A stretch of DNA of 37,370 bases from Treponema sp. (GTDB lineage Bacteria > Spirochaetota > Spirochaetia > Treponematales > Breznakiellaceae): NCBI GenBank assembly GCA_031276685.1, contig JAISMQ010000071.1, positions 1 to 37,370 of the forward strand. Reading direction: 5' to 3'. A model generated the notes under the pieces. The model made no database searches and was not told the origin of the DNA. It saw nothing but the letters and a program-made list of their open reading frames with translations. Below, piece by piece: positions 17,830 to 28,198 of this stretch (within the stretch, counting starts at the first letter, position 1; each line of letters opens with the position of its first letter). The position numbers were made by a program, and so were the translations under genes.

Positions 17830-18795
17830 CTAGTGAAAAGCCCGGGGCCGGACAAGGCCGGCGGCCCGGATGGCGTCCCGCATGGTTATGGCGGCCCGGC
17901 GGGCCGCTTCTGCGGCAAAGCGGTTGTCCGCTTCGCAGCCCGGCCCTTCGCAGGCCCCGCCTGCGGCCTTGAGTTCGGCGGTCCAGGCCCGCAGGATGGA
18001 ACGGGAGGCGTTTACTACCCCGCCGTTGCCGTCCCGCAGCAGCAAAGCGGCGTCTTCCGCCGCGCCGCCCTGGGCGCCGTAACCGGGAATAAGGAAAAAC
18101 AGATTGGCGTAGCGGGACCGGATCGCCGCCGCTTCTTCGCGTTCGGCGCCGGACTTGGGGTCCGCGCCTACCACCGCCCCAAATGCGCCGTAGCCGTGGC
18201 GTCCCGGGCGGGCTTCCGCCAGGGCGGAAAGTTTGGCCCCCACCGCGTCGTACAGGCGGAACGGGGCTGCGTTGTCCGTACCGGGGGGGGGCTTTAGTTC
18301 AAGGTACTCAAAGTCCCGCATCCCCCCGTTGCTGGTACGCATCAGCACAAAGGCGCCTTTTCCCGATTCTTCGGCGCAGGAAACCCAGGGTTCTACGGAG
18401 TCCATCCCCATGTAGGGGGAAAGGGTGACAAAGTCCGCCTCAAAATCGCCCTGGAAATGGGCCTGGGCGTAACGCCGGGCCGTATCGGCAATGTCCCCCC
18501 GTTTGATGTCGGCAATTACCAGCGCGCCCCGGTCCCGGATACAGCGCAGGGTTTCCGCGTAGACCCCAAGCCCCGCAAGGCCCATCGCCTCGTAGTAGGC
18601 GATCTGCACTTTGTAGCAGGCCGCCGCGTCGATGGTGGCGTCGATCAGGGCCTTGTTGTAGGCCAGCACGGCGGCGGCGTCCGAAGCGGCGCTGCCGCGC
18701 TCCAGGGGCGGCACGTATTCCGCGGCGGTGTCCAGGCCCACGCACACGGGGCCCCGGTCCGCGACCGCTTCGTAAAGTTTGTCCATGTTGTACAT
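17830..18795 (-). CDS. pyrF: Orotidine 5'-phosphate decarboxylase (long, type 2)
   Basis: VCVGLD..., ADIKRGDI motifs. I set the start at ATG 18795 with SD AGGAGG (18801-18806). The track start at 18954 overlaps pyrI. Confidence 0.88.
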   Translation of the reverse strand: MYNMDKLYEAVADRGPVCVGLDTAAEYVPPLERGSAASDAAAVLAYNKALIDATIDAAACYKVQIAYYEAMGLAGLGVYAETLRCIRDRGALVIADIKRGDIADTARRYAQAHFQGDFEADFVTLSPYMGMDSVEPWVSCAEESGKGAFVLMRTSNGGMRDFEYLELKPPPGTDNAAPFRLYDAVGAKLSALAEARPGRHGYGAFGAVVGADPKSGAEREEAAAIRSRYANLFFLIPGYGAQGGAAEDAALLLRDGNGGVVNASRSILRAWTAELKAAGGACEGPGCEADNRFAAEAARRAAITMRDAIRAAGLVRPRAFH

Positions 18796-18836
18796 CGGGC
18801 CCTCCTGTGATCCGCAGTTTTGCAAAACCCGGCCCG

Positions 18837-19271
18837 CTACCGGAAATCCCCCGCGAACCTGATCTCGTCGCAGTATTCGCAGCGGTAGGTCCGCTGCCGG
18901 GGATTCTCCAGGTGGAAGATGTGGGGGGCGTAGCTTTCCGTAGAGGTGATGCACCGGGGGTTTTTGCAGATCAGCACATTTTCTACCCGTTCGGGCAGTT
19001 TAAGCTTGATCTTTTCGGTGATAACTTCGTTTTCGATGATATTCACCGTGATATTGGGATCGATAAGGCCCAGCACGTCAAAGTTAATGCTGATCGTGTT
19101 ATCGATCTTGATGATGTCCTTTTTCCCCATCTCCCTGGAATTGGCGTTTACCACAAAGGCAACGCCGTAACATGCTTTGTCCAGCCCCAGCCAGTTGAAT
19201 ATTTTGATTCCCAGGCCCGCCTTGATATGATCGATAACGATACCGTTTTTTATTTGGTCTATGTTAAGCAT
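18837..19271 (-). CDS. pyrI: Aspartate carbamoyltransferase regulatory subunit
   Basis: [11 protein letters not shown]-terminal domain and a C-terminal Zn domain CKNPRCIT...CEYC. It overlaps the pyrB end by 8 nt. Confidence 0.92.
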   Translation of the reverse strand: MLNIDQIKNGIVIDHIKAGLGIKIFNWLGLDKACYGVAFVVNANSREMGKKDIIKIDNTISINFDVLGLIDPNITVNIIENEVITEKIKLKLPERVENVLICKNPRCITSTESYAPHIFHLENPRQRTYRCEYCDEIRFAGDFR

Positions 19272-20214
19272 GGTTTACCCCCAATACGCTGGAAATTAAG
19301 GCCATCCGGATATACATGCCGTATTTGGCCTGCCTAAAGTACGCCGCCCTGGGGTCCGCGTCCACCTCGACGGCGATTTCGTTAACGCGGGGCAGGGGGT
19401 GCAGGATAATAAGATCGTCCTTCGCCTTTTCAAGCTTGTCGGGGCTTAAAACGTAGGTATCTTTCAGGCGTATGTAGTCTTCCTCGTTAAAGAAACGTTC
19501 CCGCTGCACCCTGGTCATGTACAGCACATCCAGGACGGGCATGGCTTCCTCGAAACTGCCGATTTCCCGGTAGGCGATGCCCTGCTGTTCCAGAAGCCGG
19601 GTGATGTACTCAGGCAGCCTGAGTTCGCCGGGGGAAATAAAAATCATGGTAAGATTCCCGTAGCGGGCCAGGGCCTTTGCCAGGGAGTGAACCGTGCGGC
19701 CAAACTTTAGGTCTCCGCAAAAACCCACCGTAAGGCCCTGGAGCGTGTCCCGTAATTTTTCCTCCCCTTTCCCCCGGAGCCGTTTGATGGTCAAAAGATC
19801 CGTCAGGGTCTGGGTTGGGTGGTGGTGGCCGCCGTCCCCGGCGTTGATGACCGGAATATCCGCGCAGCGGGAGGCCAGCAGGGCCGCCCCCTCCTTGGGA
19901 TTCCGCATGACGATAAGGTCCGCGTAACAGGCCACCGTCCGTACCGTGTCCGCCAGGCTTTCCCCCTTGGCGGCGGAGCTGGAACCCGGCTCCGCGAATC
20001 CCAGGCAGCTCCCCCCCAGGCGCAGCATCGCCGCTTCGAACGAAAGCCGGGTCCGGGTGCTGGGTTCAAAGAACAGCGTGGCCAGAACTTTTCCCCGGCA
20101 GCTTTGCCGGAGGAAGCCCTTGTCTTCCTCGATCCGTTGCGCCAGGTTAAACAGGCCTTCCATCTCCTCAAGGCTAAAGTTCCCCGGCTCCACCAGGGAT
20201 CGTCCTTCAAGCAT
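19264..20214 (-). CDS. pyrB: Aspartate carbamoyltransferase catalytic subunit
   Basis: STRTRLSFE and HPTQ motifs. I set the start at ATG 20214 with SD AGGAGGGG directly upstream. The track start at 20292 runs through a terminator hairpin. Confidence 0.93.
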   Translation of the reverse strand: MLEGRSLVEPGNFSLEEMEGLFNLAQRIEEDKGFLRQSCRGKVLATLFFEPSTRTRLSFEAAMLRLGGSCLGFAEPGSSSAAKGESLADTVRTVACYADLIVMRNPKEGAALLASRCADIPVINAGDGGHHHPTQTLTDLLTIKRLRGKGEEKLRDTLQGLTVGFCGDLKFGRTVHSLAKALARYGNLTMIFISPGELRLPEYITRLLEQQGIAYREIGSFEEAMPVLDVLYMTRVQRERFFNEEDYIRLKDTYVLSPDKLEKAKDDLIILHPLPRVNEIAVEVDADPRAAYFRQAKYGMYIRMALISSVLGVNHA

Positions 20215-20222
20215 CACCCCTC

Positions 20223-20375
20223 CTAGCAGTTTGCCGCAGCAGGCCGCTTTGGCATAAAAAAAAGCCGCCCAAAGGCGGCTTTCCTGCAACACAAAATAGA
20301 AGCTTTTTCAAAACCGGCCGGGTTTTGAAACCGGCCCCGCAGACAAAAAATTCCATGGTCCTTGTGGTTCTTCAT
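20223..20375 (-). CDS. Candidate 50-aa pyrBI leader peptide (hypothetical)
   Basis: ATG-to-TAG ORF ([50 protein letters not shown]) that crosses both leader hairpins. It stops inside the pyrB SD. No good SD of its own. An alternative frame runs 20356 to 20207. Confidence 0.3.
   Translation of the reverse strand: MKNHKDHGIFCLRGRFQNPAGFEKASILCCRKAAFGRLFFMPKRPAAANC
20256..20280 (-). terminator. Rho-independent terminator (attenuator) in the pyrB leader
   Basis: The minus strand reads AGCCGCC-TTTG-GGCGGCT followed by T8, ending about 40 nt upstream of the pyrB ATG. Confidence 0.7.
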
Positions 20376-20481
20376 GTTCTGTTTTTACCCGCGCCCCTCG
20401 CGGGACCCGCAGTACAGGTACTTTAGCGGGAATGGCGAAAACTTACAAGCGGGGAACGCCATTGTCCGGCTTGACCCGTTA

Positions 20482-20511
20482 TTGACATTTCCTGCGGCAT
20501 GGGTCAAAAAT
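20482..20511 (+). promoter_or_regulatory. Candidate sigma-70-type promoter for the riboswitch-controlled rfu operon
   Basis: TTGACA-N18-AAAAAT. The predicted start falls a few nt before the riboswitch P1 strand. Confidence 0.35.
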
Positions 20512-20520
20512 AAGGCGAAG

Positions 20521-20665
20521 TTTTCAGGGCGGGGTGAGCCCGGCAGACCCGGAAGGGTCCCGGCAATTCCCCACCGGCGGTATAGCCCGCGAGTCCGGCC
20601 CCGGCGGGGCAGGATTGAACCGGTGGAATTCCGGCGCCGACGGTACAGTCCGGACGGAAGAAAAA
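20521..20665 (+). promoter_or_regulatory. FMN riboswitch (RFN element) aptamer
   Basis: Conserved RFN blocks were read directly: CAGGGCGGGGTG...AATTCCCCACCGGCGGTATAGCCCGCGAG...AGGATTGAACCGGTGGAATTCCGGCGCCGACGGTACAGTCCGGACGGAAGAAAA. P1 pairs TTTTC (20521-20525) with GAAAA (20660-20664). Confidence 0.85.
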
Positions 20666-20705
20666 CGACGACCGCGTACAGGCGATCTTGAATTTCCGAA
20701 GACAG

Positions 20706-20739
20706 GCCCTTGAGGAGCGATCCTTGGGGGCTTTTTTTT
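20706..20739 (+). terminator. Riboswitch expression-platform terminator
   Basis: GCCCTTGAGGA-GCGA-TCCTTGGGGGC (11 bp including G-U pairs) followed by T8, located 40 nt before the rfuA-like start. Confidence 0.8.
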
Positions 20740-20778
20740 GGGCTTGCGGGCGCGGCGGGCGGCATCAGGAGGTGCATT

Positions 20779-21810
20779 GTGAAAAGGGGACTGCTGACGG
20801 TCATGGCCCTGCTTGCGGCGGGGCAGGTTTTTGCGGCGGGAATGAGGGAAGACAGGGGGGAGGGGGATTTTTCGGTGCTGGTCTACATCACCGGCGTGGT
20901 GGCCGGCAGCCCCCCCTACGAACTGCTGGTAGAGGGCGCCCAGGAATTTGCCGCGTCCCATTCCGGCGTTACGATCAAGGTCTACGAGGCGGGCTTTAAC
21001 CAGGCGGAGTGGGTAGAACAGCTTACCTCGCTGGTGGCGGGGGGCGCGTTTGATCTGGTCCTTGGCTCCAACCCTTCGCTGCCCGACATTTGCGTAAACG
21101 TGGGGAAGAAATTCCCCGGTCAAAAATTCGTCATTACCGATGCGGAGTTCCGGGGCAACCCCCAGATCAGCACCTACCTCTACAACCAGTACGAACAGTC
21201 CCTCTACCTGGGCTACCTGGCGGGGCTTGTAACCACCAGTTCCATGCCCCATGCGAACCGGACGAAAAAAATCGGGGTTATCGCCGCCCAGGAGTACCCC
21301 ATCCTGAACAAGCATATCGTCCCCGGTTTTCTGGACGGGGCCCGCCTGGCGGACCCGGCGATAGAGCTTGACTTCCGGGTTATCGGCAACTGGTTCGACG
21401 CCAGCAAAGCTGCGGAACTTGCCGGGGGCATGATCGATGCCGGCGTGGACGTGTTCGCCTCCATCGCGGGCGGCGCGGCCCAGGGGCTGATCCGCAGCGC
21501 CGCCGGGCGGGGGGCCTACATGGTGTGGGACAACACCAACGAGTACCGGCAGGCGCCGGGGATCATCGTGGGCTGCGGGTTTATGGCGCAGAAAAAACTG
21601 GCCGAGGAGATCCTTGCCGATGCCGTCGCGGGGAAGATCAGCTACGGGTCTTCCCGTACTGTCGGCGTGAGGGAAGGCTACCTGGATTTTATCGGCGGCG
21701 ATCCTGATTACATCGCCTCCCTGCCCCAGGATATTCGGGACAAGTTCGGCGCTTTTATGGACGATATTCGCGCCGGGCGGGTTGGGTACACGGTCCCTCC
21801 CCTGCGCTGA
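20779..21810 (+). CDS. rfuA: BMP-family ABC substrate-binding protein, predicted riboflavin-binding (RfuA-like)
   Basis: BMP/PnrA-like pattern (GFNQ, DLVLG, FVITD, IGVIAAQEYP, NWFD, DVFASIAGGAAQG). I set the start at GTG 20779 after SD AGGAGGTG. Signal peptide MKRGLLTVMALLAAGQVFAAG has no Cys, so it is not a lipoprotein. An FMN riboswitch lies upstream. Confidence 0.8.
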   Translation: MKRGLLTVMALLAAGQVFAAGMREDRGEGDFSVLVYITGVVAGSPPYELLVEGAQEFAASHSGVTIKVYEAGFNQAEWVEQLTSLVAGGAFDLVLGSNPSLPDICVNVGKKFPGQKFVITDAEFRGNPQISTYLYNQYEQSLYLGYLAGLVTTSSMPHANRTKKIGVIAAQEYPILNKHIVPGFLDGARLADPAIELDFRVIGNWFDASKAAELAGGMIDAGVDVFASIAGGAAQGLIRSAAGRGAYMVWDNTNEYRQAPGIIVGCGFMAQKKLAEEILADAVAGKISYGSSRTVGVREGYLDFIGGDPDYIASLPQDIRDKFGAFMDDIRAGRVGYTVPPLR

Positions 21811-21823
21811 CCGGGCGGACGGC

Positions 21824-23382
<1,559 letters not shown>

Positions 23383-23386
<4 letters not shown>

Positions 23387-24591
23387 GCGGCGATAGCGGC
23401 GGTCTGGGGGGCTGGCGTACCAGGCAGCCTTCGCCGGGGCTGGGGGGCCAGCGGGGGCCGCCGGGAACGGCCCGGGCGAACACGACCGCCCCCGGCCTGC
23501 GGAGTCCGGAGTTCCCCCGCTACCCAAGCCTCTACACCGCTGCCGGAATGGCCCTTATCCTTGTCATTTCCCTTGCCCTGGTTGTCGCCCTGGCCTTCCT
23601 TTTCAGCAAGAGCCCCGGCAGGACGCTGTGGTTTTTTTTCCTGGGCCCCCTGCAGAATCGCTACCAGTCCGGCAATATGCTCAACGGCGCCGTGCCCCTG
23701 ATCTTCGGCGGCCTGGGGGTCTGCATCGCCATGAAGGCGAACAGCTTTAACCTGGGGGGCGAGGGGCAGATCTACGCCGGGGCTTTTGTCTCCACCCTTG
23801 CCGCGGTCGCCCTGGGGGACTGGGCCGGGCCGGCGCTGCCAGGCATGCCTGCGGCCCTGTCCGCGATCCTGGGCTGGTTCGCGGTTGCGGCGGCCCTGCT
23901 GGCGGGGGCGGTCTTTGCCGGCGCGGCGGCCTGGGTTTCCGGTTTCTGCCGGGCCAAATGGAACACCAGCGAGCTGATCACCAGCTTTCTTGTTTCCGGC
24001 TCCCTGGTCCTGATCGTCAACTACCTTGTAACCGGGCCCTTTATGGATCGGGAAACCAACCTCCTTTCCACGGAAAAAATACCGGAGCTTTTCCGGCTCC
24101 CGCTGATTCTTCCCCCCTCGAATTTAAGCGCCGCCCTTTACGCCGCCCTGGGGGCGGTAGTCCTGGTTTCGCTGTTTTTGTCGCGGACCCGGACGGGTTA
24201 CGAGATCCGCATGACCGGAAGCAACGAGCTGTTCGCCCGCTACGGGGGCATCGAGACGGGGCGGATCACCATGCTTGCCATGTTTCTCAGCGGCGCCTTC
24301 TACGGCCTGGCGGGGGGCATTTCCGTATACGGGACCTACTACGCCACGATAAAGGAATTCTCATCCGGCCTGGGCTGGAACGGCCTGGCGGCGGCCCTTA
24401 TCGCCCGGTTCCGCCCCGCCCTTGTTATCCCTGCGGCGGTGTTCTTTGCCTGGATCAGCGCCGGCGCCCGTATGGCTATGCAGTTCTCCGATGTCACGCT
24501 GGAACTGGCCTCCATCGTGCAGGGGCTTATCCTGCTGCTGGCGACAAGCCAGGTGCTGCTGGATCTTTTTAAAAGGAGTAGCCCCCGGTGA
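23383..24591 (+). CDS. rfuC: ABC transporter permease (RfuC-like)
   Basis: BMP-type permease with multiple TM helices. GTG 23383 overlaps the rfuB TGA (GTGA). The first 55 aa are Gly/Pro/Arg-rich, so ATG 23548 (347 aa) is an alternative start. Confidence 0.8.
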
Positions 24592-25463
24592 GCTTCCCCC
24601 TGCTGCACAGCGCGGTGAATATCATGACGCCCATCCTCTTTGCCGCCCTGGGGGGGCTTTTTACCGAGCTGTCCGGAATGCTCAATATCGCCCTGGAGGG
24701 CCTTCTCCTGACCGGGGCCTTCGCGGCGGCGGCGGGGGCCTATTACACCGGGAGCCTTGCGGGGGGGCTTGCCGCAGGGATTCTAAGCTCTGTACTGCTG
24801 TCATGTCTGCTGGGCGCAGTAATTCTAAGACTCCGCGCCAATGTGTTTGTCGCGGGGCTTGCGGTAAACCTGCTTGCCGGGGGGCTTTCGGTTGTTCTGT
24901 CCTTCCACCTTTTCGGCAAACGGGGGGTAGTAAACCTGCCGGGCCTCCCCCCGCTTCCCTCGCCGCATATTACCTCCATCCCGATCCTGGCCGAACTGTT
25001 TTCGGAACACAGCCCGTATATGTACGCCGCCCTGCTGGCCCTTGCCGCAAGCGCCGTGATCCTCCGCCAAACCCCCTTTGGGTTCCGGCTGCGCTCCTGC
25101 GACCGTTACGCAAGCGCGATGGTTTCGCTGGGGCTTAATCCTGACCGCTATCGGTTTTGCGCCTATCTTATATCCGGGCTGTGCTGCGGTATCGGCGGCT
25201 CTTCCCTTTCCCTGGGGCTTGGGGCCTTTGTCCCCAACATCTCCGCCGGAAAGGGCTGGATCGCCCTGGTGGTTATCTTTCTGGGAAACCGGAAACCCCT
25301 GGGGCTTCTGGGGGCGGCCTTTGTCTTTGGCCTGGCGGAAGCCTTTTCCAATTACGCGCAGGGGATCTTTCAAATCAGCGCGGATTTTATCCTCGCCATT
25401 CCCAACATCTTTACCCTGCTGGTCATGATCGGCATGTCGGTATACACGGGCCGCCGGGAATAG
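24588..25463 (+). CDS. rfuD: ABC transporter permease (RfuD-like)
   Basis: Second BMP-type permease. GTG 24588 overlaps the rfuC TGA (GTGA). Confidence 0.85.
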   Translation: MSFPLLHSAVNIMTPILFAALGGLFTELSGMLNIALEGLLLTGAFAAAAGAYYTGSLAGGLAAGILSSVLLSCLLGAVILRLRANVFVAGLAVNLLAGGLSVVLSFHLFGKRGVVNLPGLPPLPSPHITSIPILAELFSEHSPYMYAALLALAASAVILRQTPFGFRLRSCDRYASAMVSLGLNPDRYRFCAYLISGLCCGIGGSSLSLGLGAFVPNISAGKGWIALVVIFLGNRKPLGLLGAAFVFGLAEAFSNYAQGIFQISADFILAIPNIFTLLVMIGMSVYTGRRE

Positions 25464-25501
25464 AGCGTTGCTGCAAATATAGTTGGCCGGTCCCCGTCCC
25501 T

Positions 25502-26125
25502 TTAGCCGTTTTCCGCCAGAGTGTTTTGCAGCGCCGTGTTGCAGTTTTCCCTGTTCCGTTTGTCGCTTATGTGGTCATTGTAGTAGTAGGTAACGCTGCT
25601 GTCTATTTTGCCCAGGACATTCATAAGCGTTCTTTCCGTGTTTATCCAGGCCCTCCCTGACGCGGCGGATGACGGGGTTATTTCTTCTACTTCCCATTCG
25701 TTGGCCCCGTATCTGAAACTATAATACGATGCCAGGTCTGTTTCCGAATTTATAATCCAGGCCCCTTCGGAGTAAAACGATTTTGAAGTTCCGCTAAAAC
25801 TCAGCGTAAGGAACCGGTCTTCGCTGCTGCCTGCCCCGCCGCTGTTTGTCCCGTTGCTGCTTATGACATAAAAACTATGAAAAAGCGCCGGTGTTCTTTT
25901 TATATGCGCCGCTATGGCGCGTCTGGTGTAAGCCGACATGGCGTACTGTTCCGGTGACGCAAGAATCTCTTCCAACTGTTCTTTTACCGCAGGCTCTTTG
26001 CTTAAAATTTCTTTGCCATCGAAATCCAGCGTTAATACGTACATGCCCGCCTGGAACGTTGCGCATGCGCCTTCCAGCAGAAGAAACAGCCCTGTCAAAA
26101 CCAATGCCGCCCCGTGGGTTTTCAC
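25502..26125 (-). CDS. Hypothetical lipoprotein
   Basis: GTG 26125 overlaps the malic-enzyme TGA (GTGA). The N-terminus (M)KTHGAALVLTGLFLLLEGAC looks like a signal peptide plus lipobox. Amino-acid composition is normal and the DNA is visibly AT-richer than its neighbours. I recognise no family. Confidence 0.55.
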   Translation of the reverse strand: MKTHGAALVLTGLFLLLEGACATFQAGMYVLTLDFDGKEILSKEPAVKEQLEEILASPEQYAMSAYTRRAIAAHIKRTPALFHSFYVISSNGTNSGGAGSSEDRFLTLSFSGTSKSFYSEGAWIINSETDLASYYSFRYGANEWEVEEITPSSAASGRAWINTERTLMNVLGKIDSSVTYYYNDHISDKRNRENCNTALQNTLAENG

Positions 26126-27573
26126 AGTTCCGCCAGCGTTTGCCGCAGGACCTCGTTCAGCAGATCCAGCGGGGGCTCCCGGATATAGCCGAGTTTTTTC
26201 ATTTCCTCGGCAAGAGAACGGGCGGCGCGAATGTCGGCCCCGGCCTGCCGGTAGACATCGTCCCAACTGCGGTTAAGCCGGGCCAGCCCTTCGGCGACGG
26301 CCTGGGCGGCTACGTCGGCGGCTTCCCGGGCAAAAATATCGGTCTCCTCGATGGTGGCGATGATATTGTCCGGGGAAATGCCCCGGCCTTCCGAAAATTC
26401 CGCGATGGAATGGGCGCAGCGAATCGCCATGGTATCGCTTATCTTTTTGGAGCGCACCGCCAGCACCCCTTTAAGGATGCCGGGAAAACAGACCGAGTTG
26501 TTTACCTGGTTGGGAAAATCGCCGCGGCCGGTGGCTACGATGTAGGCTCCTTCCTCTTTGGCGGCGTAGGGCCAGATCTCCGGGACCGGGTTCGCGCAGG
26601 CGAACACGATGGCCCCGGAAGCCATGGAGCGGACCCATTCCCGTTTAACGGTGTCCGGGCCGGGGGACGAAAGGGCGATAAGCGCGTCCGCGCCCTTTAC
26701 GGCGCGGTCAATGGAATCGACGCAGCCGGGGTTGGTCAGCCCGCACAGTTCCCACTTGCGGTAGGCGCCGGGGTTGTTCCGCAGATCCTCGCGGTTCCGG
26801 TGGAGGGCCCCCCGGTTGTCAAAAACGGTTATGTTTTCGCCCCGGCCCCCGTCGGCAAGGATAAAGCGGGCGATCGTGCTGTTGGCGGCACCCGCCCCCA
26901 GCAGCACGATTTTTGCCTGGTCTATGGGCTTGCCCGCCAGCTTGAGGGCGTTGACAAGGCCCGCCAGGGTAACGCAGGCGGTGCCCTGGGCGTCATCGTG
27001 CCACACGGGGATATCGCAGGTTTCCCGCAGCGCGTCCAGAACCCGGAAGCAGTTCGGCTGGCTTATATCCTCCAGGTTAACGGCCCCAAAGGAGTGTTGG
27101 ACCATTTTTACGAATTCAATAAGTTTTTCCGGATCGTTGCGCCCCGCCGCGTCCCGGGAATCCACGCAGAGGGGGACCGCGTCGATCCCCCCCAGGTACT
27201 TCATGAGCAGGGCCTTCCCCTCCATCACCCCCAGGCCGCCTGCAGGCCCGCAGTCCCCGTCCCCCAGGACCCGCGTCGAATCGGACACCACCGCCACCAT
27301 GTTTCCCCTGCCGGTCAGATCGAAGGAGGCGTCCTGGTTTTCGCGGATAGCGGTAGAAATTTTCGACACCCCGGGGGTGTACCACAGGTTAAACCAGTTT
27401 AGCCCGAAGACGCCGCAGCGGGGCAGGGTCTGGATCTTGCCCCCGTAGTAACGGTGCAGGGCCAGGGAAAGGTTTTTGAAAAAGGCCGTCTTTGCACGGG
27501 CGATCTCCCCCTCCCCGAATCCGGCGGGGAACATGGCCTCGATGTTGTCAAGACTCAGATCGTCAAAGGGCAT
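26122..27573 (-). CDS. NAD(P)-dependent malic enzyme (no PTA-like domain)
   Basis: Malic-enzyme blocks LYTPGV, VVSDSTRVLGLGD-like (VVSDSTRVLGDGD), GVMEGKALL, and the Rossmann motif LLGAGAA. SD GGAGGAATT is present. Confidence 0.93.
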   Translation of the reverse strand: MPFDDLSLDNIEAMFPAGFGEGEIARAKTAFFKNLSLALHRYYGGKIQTLPRCGVFGLNWFNLWYTPGVSKISTAIRENQDASFDLTGRGNMVAVVSDSTRVLGDGDCGPAGGLGVMEGKALLMKYLGGIDAVPLCVDSRDAAGRNDPEKLIEFVKMVQHSFGAVNLEDISQPNCFRVLDALRETCDIPVWHDDAQGTACVTLAGLVNALKLAGKPIDQAKIVLLGAGAANSTIARFILADGGRGENITVFDNRGALHRNREDLRNNPGAYRKWELCGLTNPGCVDSIDRAVKGADALIALSSPGPDTVKREWVRSMASGAIVFACANPVPEIWPYAAKEEGAYIVATGRGDFPNQVNNSVCFPGILKGVLAVRSKKISDTMAIRCAHSIAEFSEGRGISPDNIIATIEETDIFAREAADVAAQAVAEGLARLNRSWDDVYRQAGADIRAARSLAEEMKKLGYIREPPLDLLNEVLRQTLAEL

Positions 27574-27625
27574 AATTCCTCCGGGCTGTACGTGTCGTTA
27601 TATTCAGTAAAACCGCCGCCGGGGC

Positions 27626-28111
27626 TCATCTCCCGTGACAGTATTTATATTTTTTACCGGAACCGCAGGGGCAGGGATCGTTGCGCCCCACTTTGGGGAC
27701 CGATCGGACCACGGTAACCGGCGCTACCGCGCCGTCCTCGTAGATCCAGCGGCCCTCCTGTTTTTTGAAGCGGGCCCGTTCGTGGTGCAGGTCCTTTAGG
27801 CCGTTGCGCTCGTAGGACGCTTCAAACTCGACCATGCCCTCCGAATCGCCGCTCCCGCCCTTTTCCACGGCGATAATTTTAAGCCCCAGCCAGGTTGATT
27901 GTTCGCTCCAGGCCGTGGTTTCCCGGCGGTCAATGTCGGTTTTGCCGTTGTACAGGCAGGTATTCATAATATAGTCGATGTTGTGGACCGCGTAGGCGGT
28001 ATAGCGGCTGCGCATCAGCGCTTCCGCCGTGGGCGGGTCCTTCGCGCCGGAAAGGTAGGGGCCGCAGCACTCCTCGTAGGGAAGGCCGGAAAGGCAGGGG
28101 CAGGTACTCAT
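27626..28111 (-). CDS. ychJ: YchJ-family (UPF0225) protein with SEC-C motifs
   Basis: N-terminal CPCLSG...CC and C-terminal [20 protein letters not shown] metal-binding motifs flank an NTF2-like core. Confidence 0.85.
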   Translation of the reverse strand: MSTCPCLSGLPYEECCGPYLSGAKDPPTAEALMRSRYTAYAVHNIDYIMNTCLYNGKTDIDRRETTAWSEQSTWLGLKIIAVEKGGSGDSEGMVEFEASYERNGLKDLHHERARFKKQEGRWIYEDGAVAPVTVVRSVPKVGRNDPCPCGSGKKYKYCHGR

Positions 28112-28198
28112 CTCATCGTTCCTATTGCCATTAAAACAAAATTCGGGTTAAGTGTAAAGGTTCCGGAAAAATCCGCGACAAAAAACAGGAGGCTGCGC

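Noticed and set aside
20590-20665. The segment GAACCGGTGGAATTCCGGCGCCGACGGTACAGTCCGGA first looked like a cobalamin riboswitch core (GGTG.AA.TCC...GCCACTG).
   Set aside because: The full element, including the upstream CAGGGCGGGGTG...AATTCCCCACCGGCGGTATAGCCCGCGAG half and the GGACGGAAGAAAA tail, matches the FMN (RFN) consensus block for block. The CCCGC and B12-box features are absent.
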